This document shows positions 42,559-56,088 of a DNA stretch of 64,000 bases, piece by piece. The notes below the pieces were generated by a model. It saw only the letters and a program-made list of their open reading frames with translations, did not search any database and was not told the origin of the DNA. How positions within the stretch are numbered: the stretch's first letter is position 1; every line of letters starts with the position of its first letter. A program made the position numbers and the translations under genes. The stretch comes from an uncultured Methanoregulaceae archaeon (lineage in GTDB: Archaea; Halobacteriota; Methanomicrobia; Methanomicrobiales; Methanospirillaceae). Where the stretch lies: assembly GCA_963841015.1 (NCBI GenBank), contig CAWJAX010000005.1, positions 533,855 through 597,854 on the forward strand, read 5' to 3'.

Positions 42559-42766
42559 GATAAAAATATTCCGGGCCATGCATGATCTGACCCAGGAACA
42601 ACTTGCCCAGGCCATCGGTGTCAACCGGCAGACCATTCTTGCCATAGAAAAAGAAAAATACATCCCCTCCCTGGATCTCGCCTTTAAAATCTCACGCTAT
42701 TTTGGAGTAAATATCGAGGAAGTGTTTGTTTTTGATGAAAAAACACCGGGTATCAAGGATACATAA
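42548..42766 (+). CDS. XRE-family HTH regulator
   Basis: MKNKIKIFRAMHDLTQEQLA...RQTILAIEKEKYIPSLDLA. Confidence 0.92.
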   Translation: MKNKIKIFRAMHDLTQEQLAQAIGVNRQTILAIEKEKYIPSLDLAFKISRYFGVNIEEVFVFDEKTPGIKDT

Positions 42767-42908
42767 AAATGCTCTGGCAAACCTCTCTGGTATCCCTCCA
42801 GATAATTCCTGCCACCTGCCATTGAAAAAAAATAAGATTGTTCCTCTTTGCTGATGCTACCAACGTGTACAATACCGTTGACGAAAAACGGATTTCTTCG
42901 GGTGTATT

Positions 42909-44112
42909 TTACCTTTTAGCGGTAATACTGTTTTTTCCGACAAAACAGAAGGGATCCTCTGCCAGGAAATCCCCGTTCACCGCATGCGCCCGGACCCGGC
43001 ATCCACCCCCACAGAGATCCTGGTAACTACAATCCGCACACCTGCCCCCGAACCGGGCCTGTTTTTCACGGAATCGTGCGAGCACGGGATTAGCGGTGTC
43101 ATCCCAGATCCTGCTGAACGGTGTATCACGGATGTTCCCTACAAAAAAATGCTCAGAACGGGCAAACTGGCACGGATACACATTCCCGTGTGAATCGATA
43201 TTTGCTACGCGGGTTCCTGCACTGCACCCCCCGTTGAGGGACTGCAGGAGCTCGCGTGCTTCAGCAAGGTCAGGAGATCTATCCTGTTCCATCGATGCAA
43301 GCAGGTGGATACAATCCTGCGGGGCATCGACCGTGAGAAACTCCATGGACGAAGGATCGGTCTCTTTTGCCTTCCGGTAGAGGAGGTTGAGGGCCTCAGT
43401 GACCTCTCCGGAACCCAGCTGTAACCGTTCATAGGACTCAATCCCCCGGCCTGCGGGTACGAGCCAGTACAGGCAGAACCTGGATGCTCCGAGGGATAAG
43501 GCAAGATCAATCAGGGCTTCGAGCTCGCCGCAGTTCTCCTTTGTCAGGGTTACCCGGACCCCGCACCGGAGCCCTGCCTCCCGGCACGAGGCAAATGCTG
43601 CCACTGTCCGTTTAAAAGCACCCGGGGAATTCCTGAACCGGTCATGAGTCTCTGCCCGTGCACCGTCAAGTGAGATCCCGGCATATTCGATCCCGCTTTT
43701 TCGGATCCTGCGGGCAATATCGGTCGTAATAAGGGTCCCGTTCGTGCTGAGTGCCATTTTGATTCCTTTCTTTCGGGCATGCTCTGCCAGTTCCCAGATA
43801 TCCTCACGCATCAGGGGTTCCCCGCCGGTAAACAGGATAAGCGGAATACCCATATCCGCAAGGTCATCAATGAGAGCCGAGCGCCTCTGTTGTCGAAAGT
43901 TCTTCTACCGTCGTGCATCCGGGACCTGATCGGTTGTAGCAGTGGGTGCAGCTCAGATTACAGCGATCCGTGAGATTCCAGAATACCACTGGCCTGTACA
44001 TTCCCGAGAATGCAAGATACTTGCTTGGCACCTCTGTCAACGAGCCATGACGGTGCCGCATCACACCACTGACAGTTCCTTTCCCGTGCATGCACTGCGT
44101 AATCCGGTTCAT
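42909..44112 (-). CDS. ahbC: AhbC-type radical SAM enzyme (frameshift near 43880)
   Basis: PVVFWNLTDRCNLSCTHCY, GCSAG...YPCQF, CGGGCRVRA. Confidence 0.8.
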
Positions 44113-44597
44113 GTCGTAGTACTCCCATTCTCCCGGATACGGACATTCGGGACGCGTTTGAACTCTTCGGTACTGAACAGGACGACATACTCATGAACGC
44201 CGATGTGGTCGGCAAGTGTCCTGATCTCAGCAAGGACAGCATCCCTGCTATACCCGTGATGTACGGTATAGATTGTGTATTCCCACCTGCCCGGCACCGG
44301 CAGGCGTTCATAACAATGGGTGACACAGGGAAACGAGGCCAGCAGGGGTCCCATTTCACCCTTCGGTGAATCCGCACGTTTCCATGCAACCAGGGCATTT
44401 GCGGTTATACCGACCCGCCTCTGGTTGATGCGTGCCCGGAATTTCCGGATAATCCCCGCTGACCGAAGATTCTGGATTCTTTCCAGTACCTCACTGCCGG
44501 TAAGGTTCAGCCGCTTTCCGATCTCTTCATAGGGTTCTTCTACGAGAGGAAGTCCGTTCTCGAGTTCAGACAGCAGGTGGATATCAGGAGGATCCAA
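44109..44597 (-). CDS. ahbB: Siroheme decarboxylase beta subunit
   Basis: Lrp-like HTH; VTHCYER...WEYTIYTVHH...LFSTEEFK. Confidence 0.85.
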   Translation of the reverse strand: MDPPDIHLLSELENGLPLVEEPYEEIGKRLNLTGSEVLERIQNLRSAGIIRKFRARINQRRVGITANALVAWKRADSPKGEMGPLLASFPCVTHCYERLPVPGRWEYTIYTVHHGYSRDAVLAEIRTLADHIGVHEYVVLFSTEEFKRVPNVRIRENGSTTT

Positions 44598-45097
44598 TGG
44601 TGCCCTCCTGTTCTTCAGTGTTCAGGAATGAAAAACGCACATCGACTTTCAGTTTTTTTACCGTGGGAAGGTTCAGGACATCCGTATCCGGAACACCTGT
44701 CCGCTGCAGGATTTCAGCCAGAACGCTTTGGATAGCTTCTTCGTTTTTACCCGAGAGCGTAAACCAGAGAGCGTAGGAGTGGTCCCGCCGGAAATTATGG
44801 GAGACTTCCGGATAGCCTGCTGATGATAGCGGCGATCTCGTGAACCCGGTGATCGGGAACATGGAGGGCTATCAGGGTTGCTGCAGCCAGTCCCATATGC
44901 CGGGATTCAAGGATGGGGGATATCCCCCGTACAATGCCTTCATCCTGGAGCCGTTTCAACCGCTCAAGAAGAACCTGCTCGGGTATTCCCAGCCGCCGGG
45001 CGATTGCAGCAAAGGGACGGGATACCAGCGGGATATCATCCTGGAGGGCGTCAAGGATGTGCAAATCTGTCATGTCAGGAAAAACAGGGTTCGTCAT
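44584..45097 (-). CDS. ahbA: Siroheme decarboxylase alpha subunit (frameshift near 44820)
   Basis: LQDDIPLVSRPF; VSHNFRRDHSYALWFT. Confidence 0.85.
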
Positions 45098-46195
45098 ACC
45101 ACGAGCCCTCCAGGTTCGTAGGGGCACCAGGGATCTTCAGCGCAGATATCCCCGCTGAGTACATCCGGTGGAGCAAGCCCGTCACACCAGCCGGGAGAAA
45201 CGGCATCGGCTCCCCGGTATGCCCGGGCCCTGCAACCCCCGCAGATGGTTTTATAGTGGCACTTCCCGCACTTTCCTGAAAGGTGATCCGGATCGCGGAG
45301 TGCTGCAAAGATTCTGGAATTGGCCCAGATTTCAGGAAATGGTGTAGTCCGTACATTACCCGCACTCACCGGGAGGTACGGGCAGGGAGTAACGTCGCCG
45401 TTTGCATAAATCCGGCAATAGCTGATGCCCGCGATGCACCCCCGGCCCCATGCAGGATTCGTAATCCCGAGTTCCTCTGCAATACGGCGGAACTGCGGGG
45501 CACAGGTCGGGCGGATGTTGAGATCACTGTCCCGGTATCTGATCAGGATCTGCCGTATAAGTTCCTCGTATTCCTTTGCACTGCCGGGTTCAATCAGTTG
45601 TGCCCTTCCGGTCGGTACCGGGAAAAAAAGCTGGTAATCGCGGACCCCGAGTGCAGTTCCCACTTCGATCACTTCCCTGACATCGCTCATCTCCGATTGC
45701 ATGACCGACATATTGATCTGGACGCTGATGTCCTCATCCCTGCAAAAACGAATGGCCTGTACAGCCCGTTCCCAGACTCCGTCTGAACCGCGGAATGCGT
45801 CATGGACAGACGGGTCAGCTGAATCAATGCTGATGGCCACGGCCCTGATCCCGGCTTCCTTACATTTTTTTGCCATGGCCTGATCCAGCAGGTACCCGCT
45901 TGTACCCATGACCATCCGGAGCCCCTGCTCAGTACCCGTACCGGGCGATGGCAAAGATATCCTCTCTCAGGAGTGGCTCACCCCCGCTCAGCACAACGAC
46001 GGGTTTCCCGGTTGCCCGGATCTGATCTATGACGGAGAATGCTTCCTCCGTGGAGAGCACTCCGACTGCCTCCCGTTCACCTGCGTTCACGTAACAGTGG
46101 GAACACTTCAGGGGGCACCTGAGGGTTATGTTCCACGAGATGATACGCGGTGCTCCTGCTGTGCTGTTCAAGACATCAGTCCCTTTTCCACACAC
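45094..46195 (-). CDS. ahbD: AhbD-type radical SAM heme b synthase (frameshift near 45940)
   Basis: ISWNITLRCPLKCSHCY, PTCAPQF, RGCIAG...TPCPYL, CGGCRARA. Confidence 0.8.
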
Positions 46196-46251
46196 TGCAC
46201 GGGTTCCTTATCCCCCTTCGTGAAATTCTCCACCATAAAAAGATGGTTATG

Positions 46252-48489
<2,238 letters not shown>

Positions 48490-48803
48490 CTAAGAAACAC
48501 CGGGTTATGCTACCCGGCAGTGAAAGGGCTCTGGTTTTCCGCAACCGGAATCCCCTGTTTTGTCGTAAGGAGTATATTCGCCACGATCGATCACATCTAA
48601 CCTTGTCACTGCATTATAAAAGTATTAGGTTTCGGGCACACAAAATTTTTATAACGTAGATCAATATACTGGATGTCTTTTCTCTCATCGATAGTTACGG
48701 GGCTTCATCTTTTTTACCGGATCCTCATCCGATTACTGGTCGTCTTTTTTTGTGCCCGTGTGTTCCCAAAACTATTTGCATCTTTTTTCCCCATATTGCC
48801 CGT

Positions 48804-49415
48804 ATGACTCCCGGCAGGATACCGTCCGGTTCTCCAGCCCATTACGGAAATCTTCGTCACAGCGTTTTTCCCGCAGAACATGCCGCTCATCTGGATTCCC
48901 GGCTGCGAAGGTTCATCTATCGCCCTGAGCAGCTTGCGGAACGGTACGTGAAATCTGGCAACCGGGTCCTCGATTTCGGCTGCGGGCCGGGCTTCTTTAC
49001 CCGGGAATTTGCAAAGAGGGTTGGCGATACCGGTATGGTGCTTGCCGTAGACCTGCAGGAGGAGATGCTCCGCATTCTGAGGGAAAAATTAGGGCCGGAA
49101 GGCTTGCTGCACCGGATCAAAACGCACCGGTGCGACCCGGATTCCCTCACCCTCTCTCCCGAGAATGATGGGAAGATCGATGCTGCTTTCACGATCTTTG
49201 TCGTCCACGAAGTTCCTGATGCAGCAAAACTGTTCCGGGAAATCTCGACCCTGCTTGTGCCTGGAGGCCTGCTCTTTATCTCGGAACCCCCGATCATTGT
49301 TTCCGGGAAGGAATTCCGGGATACGCTTTCGCTGGCTCAGGAAGCAGGACTACAGCTTGTCGAGAAGCGGTTATTTTTCGTGAACCGTGCAGCTGTGCTG
49401 AGAAAAGAGGGGTAG
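48804..49415 (+). CDS. Class I SAM-dependent methyltransferase
   Basis: VLDFGCGPGFFT, VDLQEEML, VVHEVPD. Confidence 0.9.
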   Translation: MTPGRIPSGSPAHYGNLRHSVFPAEHAAHLDSRLRRFIYRPEQLAERYVKSGNRVLDFGCGPGFFTREFAKRVGDTGMVLAVDLQEEMLRILREKLGPEGLLHRIKTHRCDPDSLTLSPENDGKIDAAFTIFVVHEVPDAAKLFREISTLLVPGGLLFISEPPIIVSGKEFRDTLSLAQEAGLQLVEKRLFFVNRAAVLRKEG

Positions 49416-49460
49416 GTACGCTGCTCCACTTTTTTTGTTCTCTCTTGAAAAAACGACCTT

Positions 49461-49691
49461 CATAGTGGTGTTCTGTTGGCAAAAGTCCTGATAAACGGGA
49501 TAAACTAAGTAGCGAAATTCACCTCGGTTTAAAGACCCTTACAAGCCACCAGGTGAGGTGCAAATCAGTCGTATTTTGGCAAACAGGACGATATTTGTGT
49601 GTATTCTCCACACGAACCGAAAACAGGCATTTTACGGGTTTTTCCGGTATTGACAAATTTTTCCATGAGAGAAATAGAGCCTGGAATGGGC
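49461..49691 (+). repeat. Dispersed repeat family R2, copy B
   Basis: Collinear with 11666-11897. Confidence 0.85.
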
Positions 49692-49933
49692 TTATTTTTC
49701 CTCAAAACAGAGACTCTCCAATTCCCGGTATCTTTGAGGGAGAATACATGAGGGGGAGATCACCTGTCCATGGTACAACCTGAATACCGGACGTGAGAGT
49801 ACTCTTTTTTCCGTGATTGTTCCAACAGAAATTATACGGTTCTTCCAGGTAAACAGGAGTGACGATCACGGTTTTTGAAAAATACAAATAATTATAAATA
49901 TATATATATGAAATAGAACCCCGGTGAAAACCT

Positions 49934-50473
49934 ATGAAGAAATTCTTTGTTATTCTCGCGATCCTGTTTATAGGGATTCTTGTTGCTGGCTGCACATCCC
50001 AGCCACCGGCACCGGTAGTTACTCCAACACCGACAGCGGCCCCGACAACTGCTGCACCAGCAATGAAAAACATTGTGGAAACTGCTGTCGCAGATGGACG
50101 TTTCACGACCCTTGTTGCAGCGGTGCAGGCAGCAAAACTCGATGGGGCACTGAGCGGCCCCGGTCCGTTCACGGTATTTGCACCAACGGATGATGCATTC
50201 AAAAATTTACCGGCCGGTACAGTTGAATCCCTGTTAAAGCAACCCGAGGGACAATTAAAGCAGATCCTTCTGTATCACGTTGTTGACGGGAAAGTAATGG
50301 CTGCTGATGTTGTCAAGCTGAGCTCCGCAAAAACACTTCAGGGATCGAACGTGAATATCACGGTGAAAGAGGGCGTTGTTAAAATCAATGATGCCACGGT
50401 AAAAATTACTGACATTCAGACAAAGAACGGTGTGATCCACGTTATCGATAAGGTGCTTATACCTCCCAAGTAA
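49934..50473 (+). CDS. Fasciclin (FAS1) lipoprotein
   Basis: Lipobox LVAGC, Pro/Thr linker, [29 protein letters not shown]. Confidence 0.93.
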   Translation: MKKFFVILAILFIGILVAGCTSQPPAPVVTPTPTAAPTTAAPAMKNIVETAVADGRFTTLVAAVQAAKLDGALSGPGPFTVFAPTDDAFKNLPAGTVESLLKQPEGQLKQILLYHVVDGKVMAADVVKLSSAKTLQGSNVNITVKEGVVKINDATVKITDIQTKNGVIHVIDKVLIPPK

Positions 50474-50490
50474 CCCGGTCCGAAGGTGAC

Positions 50491-50528
50491 CAGAGACCCG
50501 GTATATAATTCCGGGTCCTTATTTTTCA
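50491..50528 (+). terminator. Hairpin plus T-tract after fasciclin 1 (similar element at 52519-52553)
   Basis: GACCCGG-loop-CCGGGTC followed by CTTATTTTTC. Confidence 0.5.
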
Positions 50529-50721
50529 CTTCTTCATTGACAGTAAGATACACTTTGCACCTCCTCGTAATCGATATCCGTTTATCATCTCACGGTAATC
50601 CTCTCCTGCTACAATAATGACCCGCCCAAAGAGGCCTTTTTTGGAAACCCACGGAGCCCTAAAAAAAAGTATGGTATCACTCTTCCCGCTTTCTATCAGG
50701 ATATATTCTTAACAAGACCGT

Positions 50722-51555
50722 TCATTCCGTGACCGGCACGAGTTTTTCTTTCAGCTTTGATTCGATATCGAGCCTCATGAGTTCGATAACATTGTTCACG
50801 ACGCCCCTTGTCTGGCGGATGATCAGTTCATCGTTCCGGAAGAACTTCCGGTCCGTGCTGCTGTTGAACTGCGAACCGTGCGTCCTGAATGCAATACCGA
50901 ATGGCGCAGGCACATATCCCATCTGCTGGAAATTCAACCAGATATCCATGGAGGTCTTGATTGCCCCGTCCTCGTGGCCGCAGACAAGGATGCCCGCCAC
51001 CTTTCCCTCGGTCAGGCCGGGCTTGTTGAGGTGGTAGAGATTTTCAAGACAGGTCGTCCGGTCAAGGAAGATCTTGAGGCGTGCTGACATACCGTTCCAG
51101 TTGATCGGTGAGGCAACAATGACGGCTTTCGATGCGATAAGCATGTCGTGGAAGGCGGGCGCATCGTCGTTCTTGTTCCGGCACGGGTATATGCAGGACT
51201 CGGCGCGCACGGAATAACAACACCAGCAGGGATCGATGCGGTACTCGCTCAGGTTATACCTGTGATAACTCACCCCCCGTTCACGGAGATACTCTTCAGC
51301 AATATCGACCATATAACTGGTATTCCCGGCCCGGTGCGTGCTGCCATTGATCAGCAGGACATCAAATGGCCTGCCATCATGGGTGAGTTGTGCCCGGTCC
51401 GTTTCCTGAATAAATTCATGGGACGGGCTGTGGCATACGGGACATCCCCTTGGCGGGTTTTCCCCTGTGAAAATAAAACCACAGACGGTGCATCTCCAGG
51501 TTTTTTTCGGGTCTGTGTTACTCTCTGTTTTCTCTCCCGATGTCATAGCAGACAT
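50722..51555 (-). CDS. Rubredoxin-like domain fused to flavodoxin/iron-sulfur flavoprotein
   Basis: CTVCG...CPVC; INGS...GNT; CWCCY...C...C; ASPINW. Confidence 0.85.
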   Translation of the reverse strand: MSAMTSGEKTESNTDPKKTWRCTVCGFIFTGENPPRGCPVCHSPSHEFIQETDRAQLTHDGRPFDVLLINGSTHRAGNTSYMVDIAEEYLRERGVSYHRYNLSEYRIDPCWCCYSVRAESCIYPCRNKNDDAPAFHDMLIASKAVIVASPINWNGMSARLKIFLDRTTCLENLYHLNKPGLTEGKVAGILVCGHEDGAIKTSMDIWLNFQQMGYVPAPFGIAFRTHGSQFNSSTDRKFFRNDELIIRQTRGVVNNVIELMRLDIESKLKEKLVPVTE

Positions 51556-51798
51556 TTTCTTTTTTCTCCCAGATATATCTCTCATCCTTGTTGTCCATTG
51601 GTTGCTCTCTCAACACCTGAAATAAGGGAATATAACCGAAAGATGGCAAAAAAAGGAGCAATAGTCCGATGAAAAGTGAAATATCTCAGAGAATTACTCT
51701 GTTCATCAGTATACCCCTGAGTATTTGTTACAGTTTTTGAAAAGTAACAAGATGAATAAATATTTGACCAATTATATAATCCGCTGGTGAAACACACC

Positions 51799-51966
51799 AT
51801 GGTATCGTTTAAGTGCAAGGATATTGGTATGGACTGCAAGTTCGAGGCGACTGCAGCCAATGTACAGGATCTGGATGACAAGGTCGCCCAGCATGCCCGC
51901 GAAGCGCATAAAATTCCCTCGCTGGACAAAGAGATGTGGATGAAGATCCACAAGGCAGAAAAGTAA
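51799..51966 (+). CDS. DUF1059-like small metal-binding protein (55 aa, absent from the ORF track)
   Basis: Translated by hand: MVSFKCKDIGMDCKFEATAANVQDLDDKVAQHAREAH...; GGTGA RBS upstream. Confidence 0.85.
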   Translation: MVSFKCKDIGMDCKFEATAANVQDLDDKVAQHAREAHKIPSLDKEMWMKIHKAEK

Positions 51967-52086
51967 ATTTTTTTTTGGTACCGCGCGTTTGTGCTGTTCT
52001 TTTTTCAAAATCTGTAACTTATAAGAATGGTTAAATAAATTGTGAGATATTCTTTCAAATCCCATAAAGGGTACGAGGTTTATGAA

Positions 52087-52494
52087 ATGAAAACGATTGT
52101 TGATGTTGCTGTCGCGGACGGGAGATTTAAAACTCTTGTAGCCGCAGTCAAGGCAGCTAAACTCGATGGTGCACTGAGCGGAACCGGCCCCTTCACGGTA
52201 TTTGCACCTACAGACGATGCATTCAAAAAATTACCTGCCGGTACTGTTGAAACTCTGTTAAAAGATCCTGAAGGAAAATTAAAACAGATCCTTCTCTACC
52301 ATGTCGTTTCGGGCAGGCATATGGCCGCAGACGTGGTGAAAATGACGAGCCTGAAAACTCTCCAGGGCGGAAACCTGACGGTGAATGCGACCAAGGACGG
52401 GGTGTATGTAAACAAAGCAAAGGTCATCATCCCCGATATCAAGCCGGACAATGGCGTCTGTCATGCTATTGACTCGGTGTTGTTGCCGCCGTAA
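52087..52494 (+). CDS. Fasciclin (FAS1) protein without signal peptide
   Basis: Close paralog of 49934-50473. Confidence 0.92.
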   Translation: MKTIVDVAVADGRFKTLVAAVKAAKLDGALSGTGPFTVFAPTDDAFKKLPAGTVETLLKDPEGKLKQILLYHVVSGRHMAADVVKMTSLKTLQGGNLTVNATKDGVYVNKAKVIIPDIKPDNGVCHAIDSVLLPP

Positions 52495-52741
52495 GTGATG
52501 CTGTCCAGGAATGTAACTCAGATACCCGGTACCTTAACCGGTCCTCATTTTTCAGGTAATTTTTATGTACCTTTTTTAAAAAACGACCTATCCCTGGATA
52601 TTTGTTTTGAACATATGATGAGCGAGAAGAGAAAAATATGCTCATGAATCAGCCGTAAAAATTCAAAGGATGATAACTTTTTGGATCTAAAATCCATCAT
52701 TGGGAATTATTCATCAGAAAATGACTATGGGTCTGGAGGCT

Positions 52742-53440
52742 TTACCGATCAACGATATACCGTTTGAGGAACAACGGCCGTATCCCGGCTGTATTCAGGA
52801 CAATTGCAAGCAGGTACACCGCGGTCAGTTTCACTCTGCCGATACGCCGGAACCGGCGCGGAGAACTCCTGATGACCCGGTGGATCTGCTTCATCCTGCC
52901 GAACCTCCGGGCAGAGCGGCAGAATTCAAGATCCTCACAGAACGGGATGAGCTCAAACCCACCTGCCTGAAAAAAAACATCCCGCTGTACAAAAATACCA
53001 AAATCCCCAAAAAAAGTCCGGGAATATTTTGTACAGGTATTCACAAGAAGTCCGATGACCGCGTGAAAGAGACCGGGTTCCCCGAAACTGTGCGTGAACG
53101 CTCCCCCACAGACACCCTGTTCTGTGCACACCTGAGTAATAACCTGCAGGGAATCTTCAGGGATCCTGCAATCAACGTGAAGAAAGAGCAGGATCTCTCC
53201 CTGTGCCGCTGCTGCACCGGTATTCATCTGGCCACTCCGTCCTGCCGGTGCAGAAAGAAGGTGCAGCGGTGCGGGGAAGGGTGAGGCATACTGCTGAATA
53301 CGGGTACAGGTTGCATCAGAACTGCCCCCGTCTACGATGACAAGTTCAAATGGTCCCTGCAGCAGCACAAGGTGATCGAGGAAGGGAATGATCATGTCCT
53401 CCTCGTTCAGCACCGGGGTGATAATGGAGATACGTGGCAT
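52742..53440 (-). CDS. GT2 glycosyltransferase, TIGR04283-like
   Basis: SIITPVLNE, VDGGSSD, GR..QMN.GA, LFLHVD, FGD.GIF, EDLEF, SPRR. Confidence 0.85.
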   Translation of the reverse strand: MPRISIITPVLNEEDMIIPFLDHLVLLQGPFELVIVDGGSSDATCTRIQQYASPFPAPLHLLSAPAGRSGQMNTGAAAAQGEILLFLHVDCRIPEDSLQVITQVCTEQGVCGGAFTHSFGEPGLFHAVIGLLVNTCTKYSRTFFGDFGIFVQRDVFFQAGGFELIPFCEDLEFCRSARRFGRMKQIHRVIRSSPRRFRRIGRVKLTAVYLLAIVLNTAGIRPLFLKRYIVDR

Positions 53441-53502
53441 ACACGGTTCCGTCACAGGACTAAATCCAAATATTTATCCGTCATGATGAGGACTTCCCTT
53501 CC

Positions 53503-54159
53503 ATGAAATTCGAACCCGGGCCGTGGCTGACAACCGGGGCCGGTATTTTCCTCCTGGGAGTGGCGTGGCTCTTGTTCTGGCTCGGCCCTGCCTTCAGACT
53601 GTACGAGGCAGATGCCCGCTGGGCCCACAATTTTGCGTTTGCGCTCATCCTTATCATGGTCGGGATTGCGTATTACCGGCCATCGGTATCCACATGGATC
53701 ATCTCAATGATCGCCTCCTTTATTACCATTCCGACAGAACTTGCGTACTGGTCAGGGATGACCGCCACGTTCATCGAACTTGCATTGCTGGGGCTCCTTC
53801 TTATTGTGGTGGCAGGGGAATGGCGGTTGAAGCGGCCACTTATCACTCCGGATCCGAAATCGGCATTCTGGCTGAAGATCCATCTTCCGGTCCTGACGTA
53901 TCTCGGCATTGTCCATATGCCCCTGATTTTTTTCATGATACGGTGGACCCATTCCGCCCCATTCCTCACCTACCTCCCGGTAGAGCACGAATACTCGACT
54001 ACTATCTTCAATGCGATGATCCTTGTCCTCATGGTAATCGCCATAGCCGAGCGATACGTGAAAGACATCCGGGGATTCAGTGTCACACGGGCAGGATTTT
54101 ACTGGGCCGTCCTGATGCTGATCATCCCGCTGGCATCGATCGGCATCTTCGGGCAGTGA
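53503..54159 (+). CDS. Membrane protein of unknown function
   Basis: About seven TM helices with intramembrane His residues. Confidence 0.8.
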   Translation: MKFEPGPWLTTGAGIFLLGVAWLLFWLGPAFRLYEADARWAHNFAFALILIMVGIAYYRPSVSTWIISMIASFITIPTELAYWSGMTATFIELALLGLLLIVVAGEWRLKRPLITPDPKSAFWLKIHLPVLTYLGIVHMPLIFFMIRWTHSAPFLTYLPVEHEYSTTIFNAMILVLMVIAIAERYVKDIRGFSVTRAGFYWAVLMLIIPLASIGIFGQ

Positions 54160-54162
54160 GAG

Positions 54163-55305
54163 GTGATGGAAGTTCAGTCCCCGTCACCTGCAACAGAACA
54201 ACCGGAACCAGGATTCGTGAGCGGTACGCCTATCCCGGGAGATCCCGGTGCAGTCTTCACCAATGGGTGTTTTCATCCCGACCATGCAGAAGTCATCAGG
54301 TTTTTTGAAAAAAACCTGGTCTATGCAGTACAGATCGAATCCTGCCTTTCCTGTGAGGGAGGCTGCCGGTACTGTTACGCATCAGCAAAGAATCCCCTTA
54401 CTGCTGAACTCCCGGCGGCCTGTATACACCGCATCCTCCACGAGGTAAAGGAAGCGGGAGTCCGGGCAATCGACTGGCTCGGGGGAGATCCCCTCATGCG
54501 GAAGGACTGGTACGAGCTCGCCCGTGCTGCACAGGACCTCGGACTTATCAACAATATCTGGACGAGCGGGATCCCGCTTGCTGATCCCCGGGTTGCACAG
54601 CAGGTTGCCGAGGTAACTTCCGGGGGTTTTGTCAGTGTCCACCTCGACAGCCTGGATGAAGAGATCTACCGGGTACTTCATACCGGGGACCCCGGCACCA
54701 AAATCCGGTCAATTCTGACGGGCATTGAGAATCTTATCAGGGCCGGAAAACCTCCCCGGGAGATCATCAACTGTATCACGTTCACCCGCCCGCTTGCGGG
54801 TAAAGACGTGGAATGCACCATCCGCTCCTTCTCGGATAAAGGGATCAGGACCTGCCTGACCCAGATCTGTATGGCTGGTCTCGGCAAAGAGCACCCTGAA
54901 TGGGTACCGTCAGGACCCCAGATCCGGCATGCCATCGGGGTTCGGGATCGGATCAACTATCCTGGATCTGATCTCTCGATGAGCTCTATGGACGTGAACA
55001 AGTATTACTGTGGAGGGACCGTCTGTATCACGGTTGAAGGGGATGTAACCCCGTGTTCTGTCATCCGGCAGGGATTCGGGAACATCCACCACCTGCCCTT
55101 TGCAGAGATTATCAGCAGGCACCGGAGCGAGTTGCTCTTTCTCCCGCTCCGGGCTGAGGGAAGCGGAGACGGGTGCAGCAGCTGTAAAAACCATCCGGTC
55201 TGCTGGGGGTGCCGGGCCACAGCACACTATACAACAGGGGACCTTATGGCAGATGACCCCAACTGCAGGGTCAGGGAAAGATACGATCATGAAAAAACAT
55301 ATTGA
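54163..55305 (+). CDS. Radical SAM/SPASM protein
   Basis: CEGGCRYC, GGDPL, C...GDVTPC...CSSC....CWGCRA...DPNC. Confidence 0.9.
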   Translation: MMEVQSPSPATEQPEPGFVSGTPIPGDPGAVFTNGCFHPDHAEVIRFFEKNLVYAVQIESCLSCEGGCRYCYASAKNPLTAELPAACIHRILHEVKEAGVRAIDWLGGDPLMRKDWYELARAAQDLGLINNIWTSGIPLADPRVAQQVAEVTSGGFVSVHLDSLDEEIYRVLHTGDPGTKIRSILTGIENLIRAGKPPREIINCITFTRPLAGKDVECTIRSFSDKGIRTCLTQICMAGLGKEHPEWVPSGPQIRHAIGVRDRINYPGSDLSMSSMDVNKYYCGGTVCITVEGDVTPCSVIRQGFGNIHHLPFAEIISRHRSELLFLPLRAEGSGDGCSSCKNHPVCWGCRATAHYTTGDLMADDPNCRVRERYDHEKTY

Positions 55306-56088
55306 CGTCAGCATAGCAGAAGTCAGTGAAGCCTATGCGGGGGCTGTCGGCACCCTGTGGGAAATGGTGATGGGAGAAGAGATCCATATCGGCGGTACCA
55401 TAGCTACCCGGGAACTGGCAGTCATGGGAGGAATCCGAAAAGATTCAAGGGTGCTGGACATCTGCAGCGCCCTGGGGGGACCGGCCCGCCATCTCGCTAA
55501 AGAGTTCGGTTGCCGGGTTACCGGAATCGATGCAACACCGGCAATGGTGGAGGAAGCCACCCGGAGGACGGCTGCTGCCGGTCTCGATGGCCGGGTAACG
55601 TTCCGGCTCGGAAACGCCCTTGACCTGCCGTTCAGGGGATCTTCCTTTGATACGGTCTGGGGCCAGGATGCCTGGTGCTATGTTACCGATAAGGCACGGC
55701 TGATTCGCGAAGCAGCCCGGGTGACTAGACCCGGGGGCACTATTGCATTCACGGACTGGATCCAGCTGCGGGATGTTCCTGACAAAAATCTCGATCCCCT
55801 CCTGAGTTTCATGCTCTTCCCCTACATGGAGACACCTGAAGGCTACCCGCGGTTACTTGAAGAGAACGGCTGGGAGGTGACCACTGCTGATGATCTGAGC
55901 AGGGATTTTGCAGAACAGTTCACGATGTACCGTACGAAAATCCTGGGGAACTCCGGCCGGAGATCATCCGGCAATTCGGCAACAGTTTCTTTTCAGCGGT
56001 TGAAGAGGGAATAGTCCTCTGGGAGAATGCAGCCCACGAGGGGATAGTCGGTCGCGGACGATGGATTGCACGCAGGACCGGGACCTGA
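55289..56088 (+). CDS. SAM-dependent methyltransferase, sarcosine/dimethylglycine-MT-like (frameshift in G-run near 55947)
   Basis: IHIGG, VLDICSALGGPAR, WGQDAW; shifted frame gives ELRPEII...GRGRWIARRTGT*. Confidence 0.8.
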
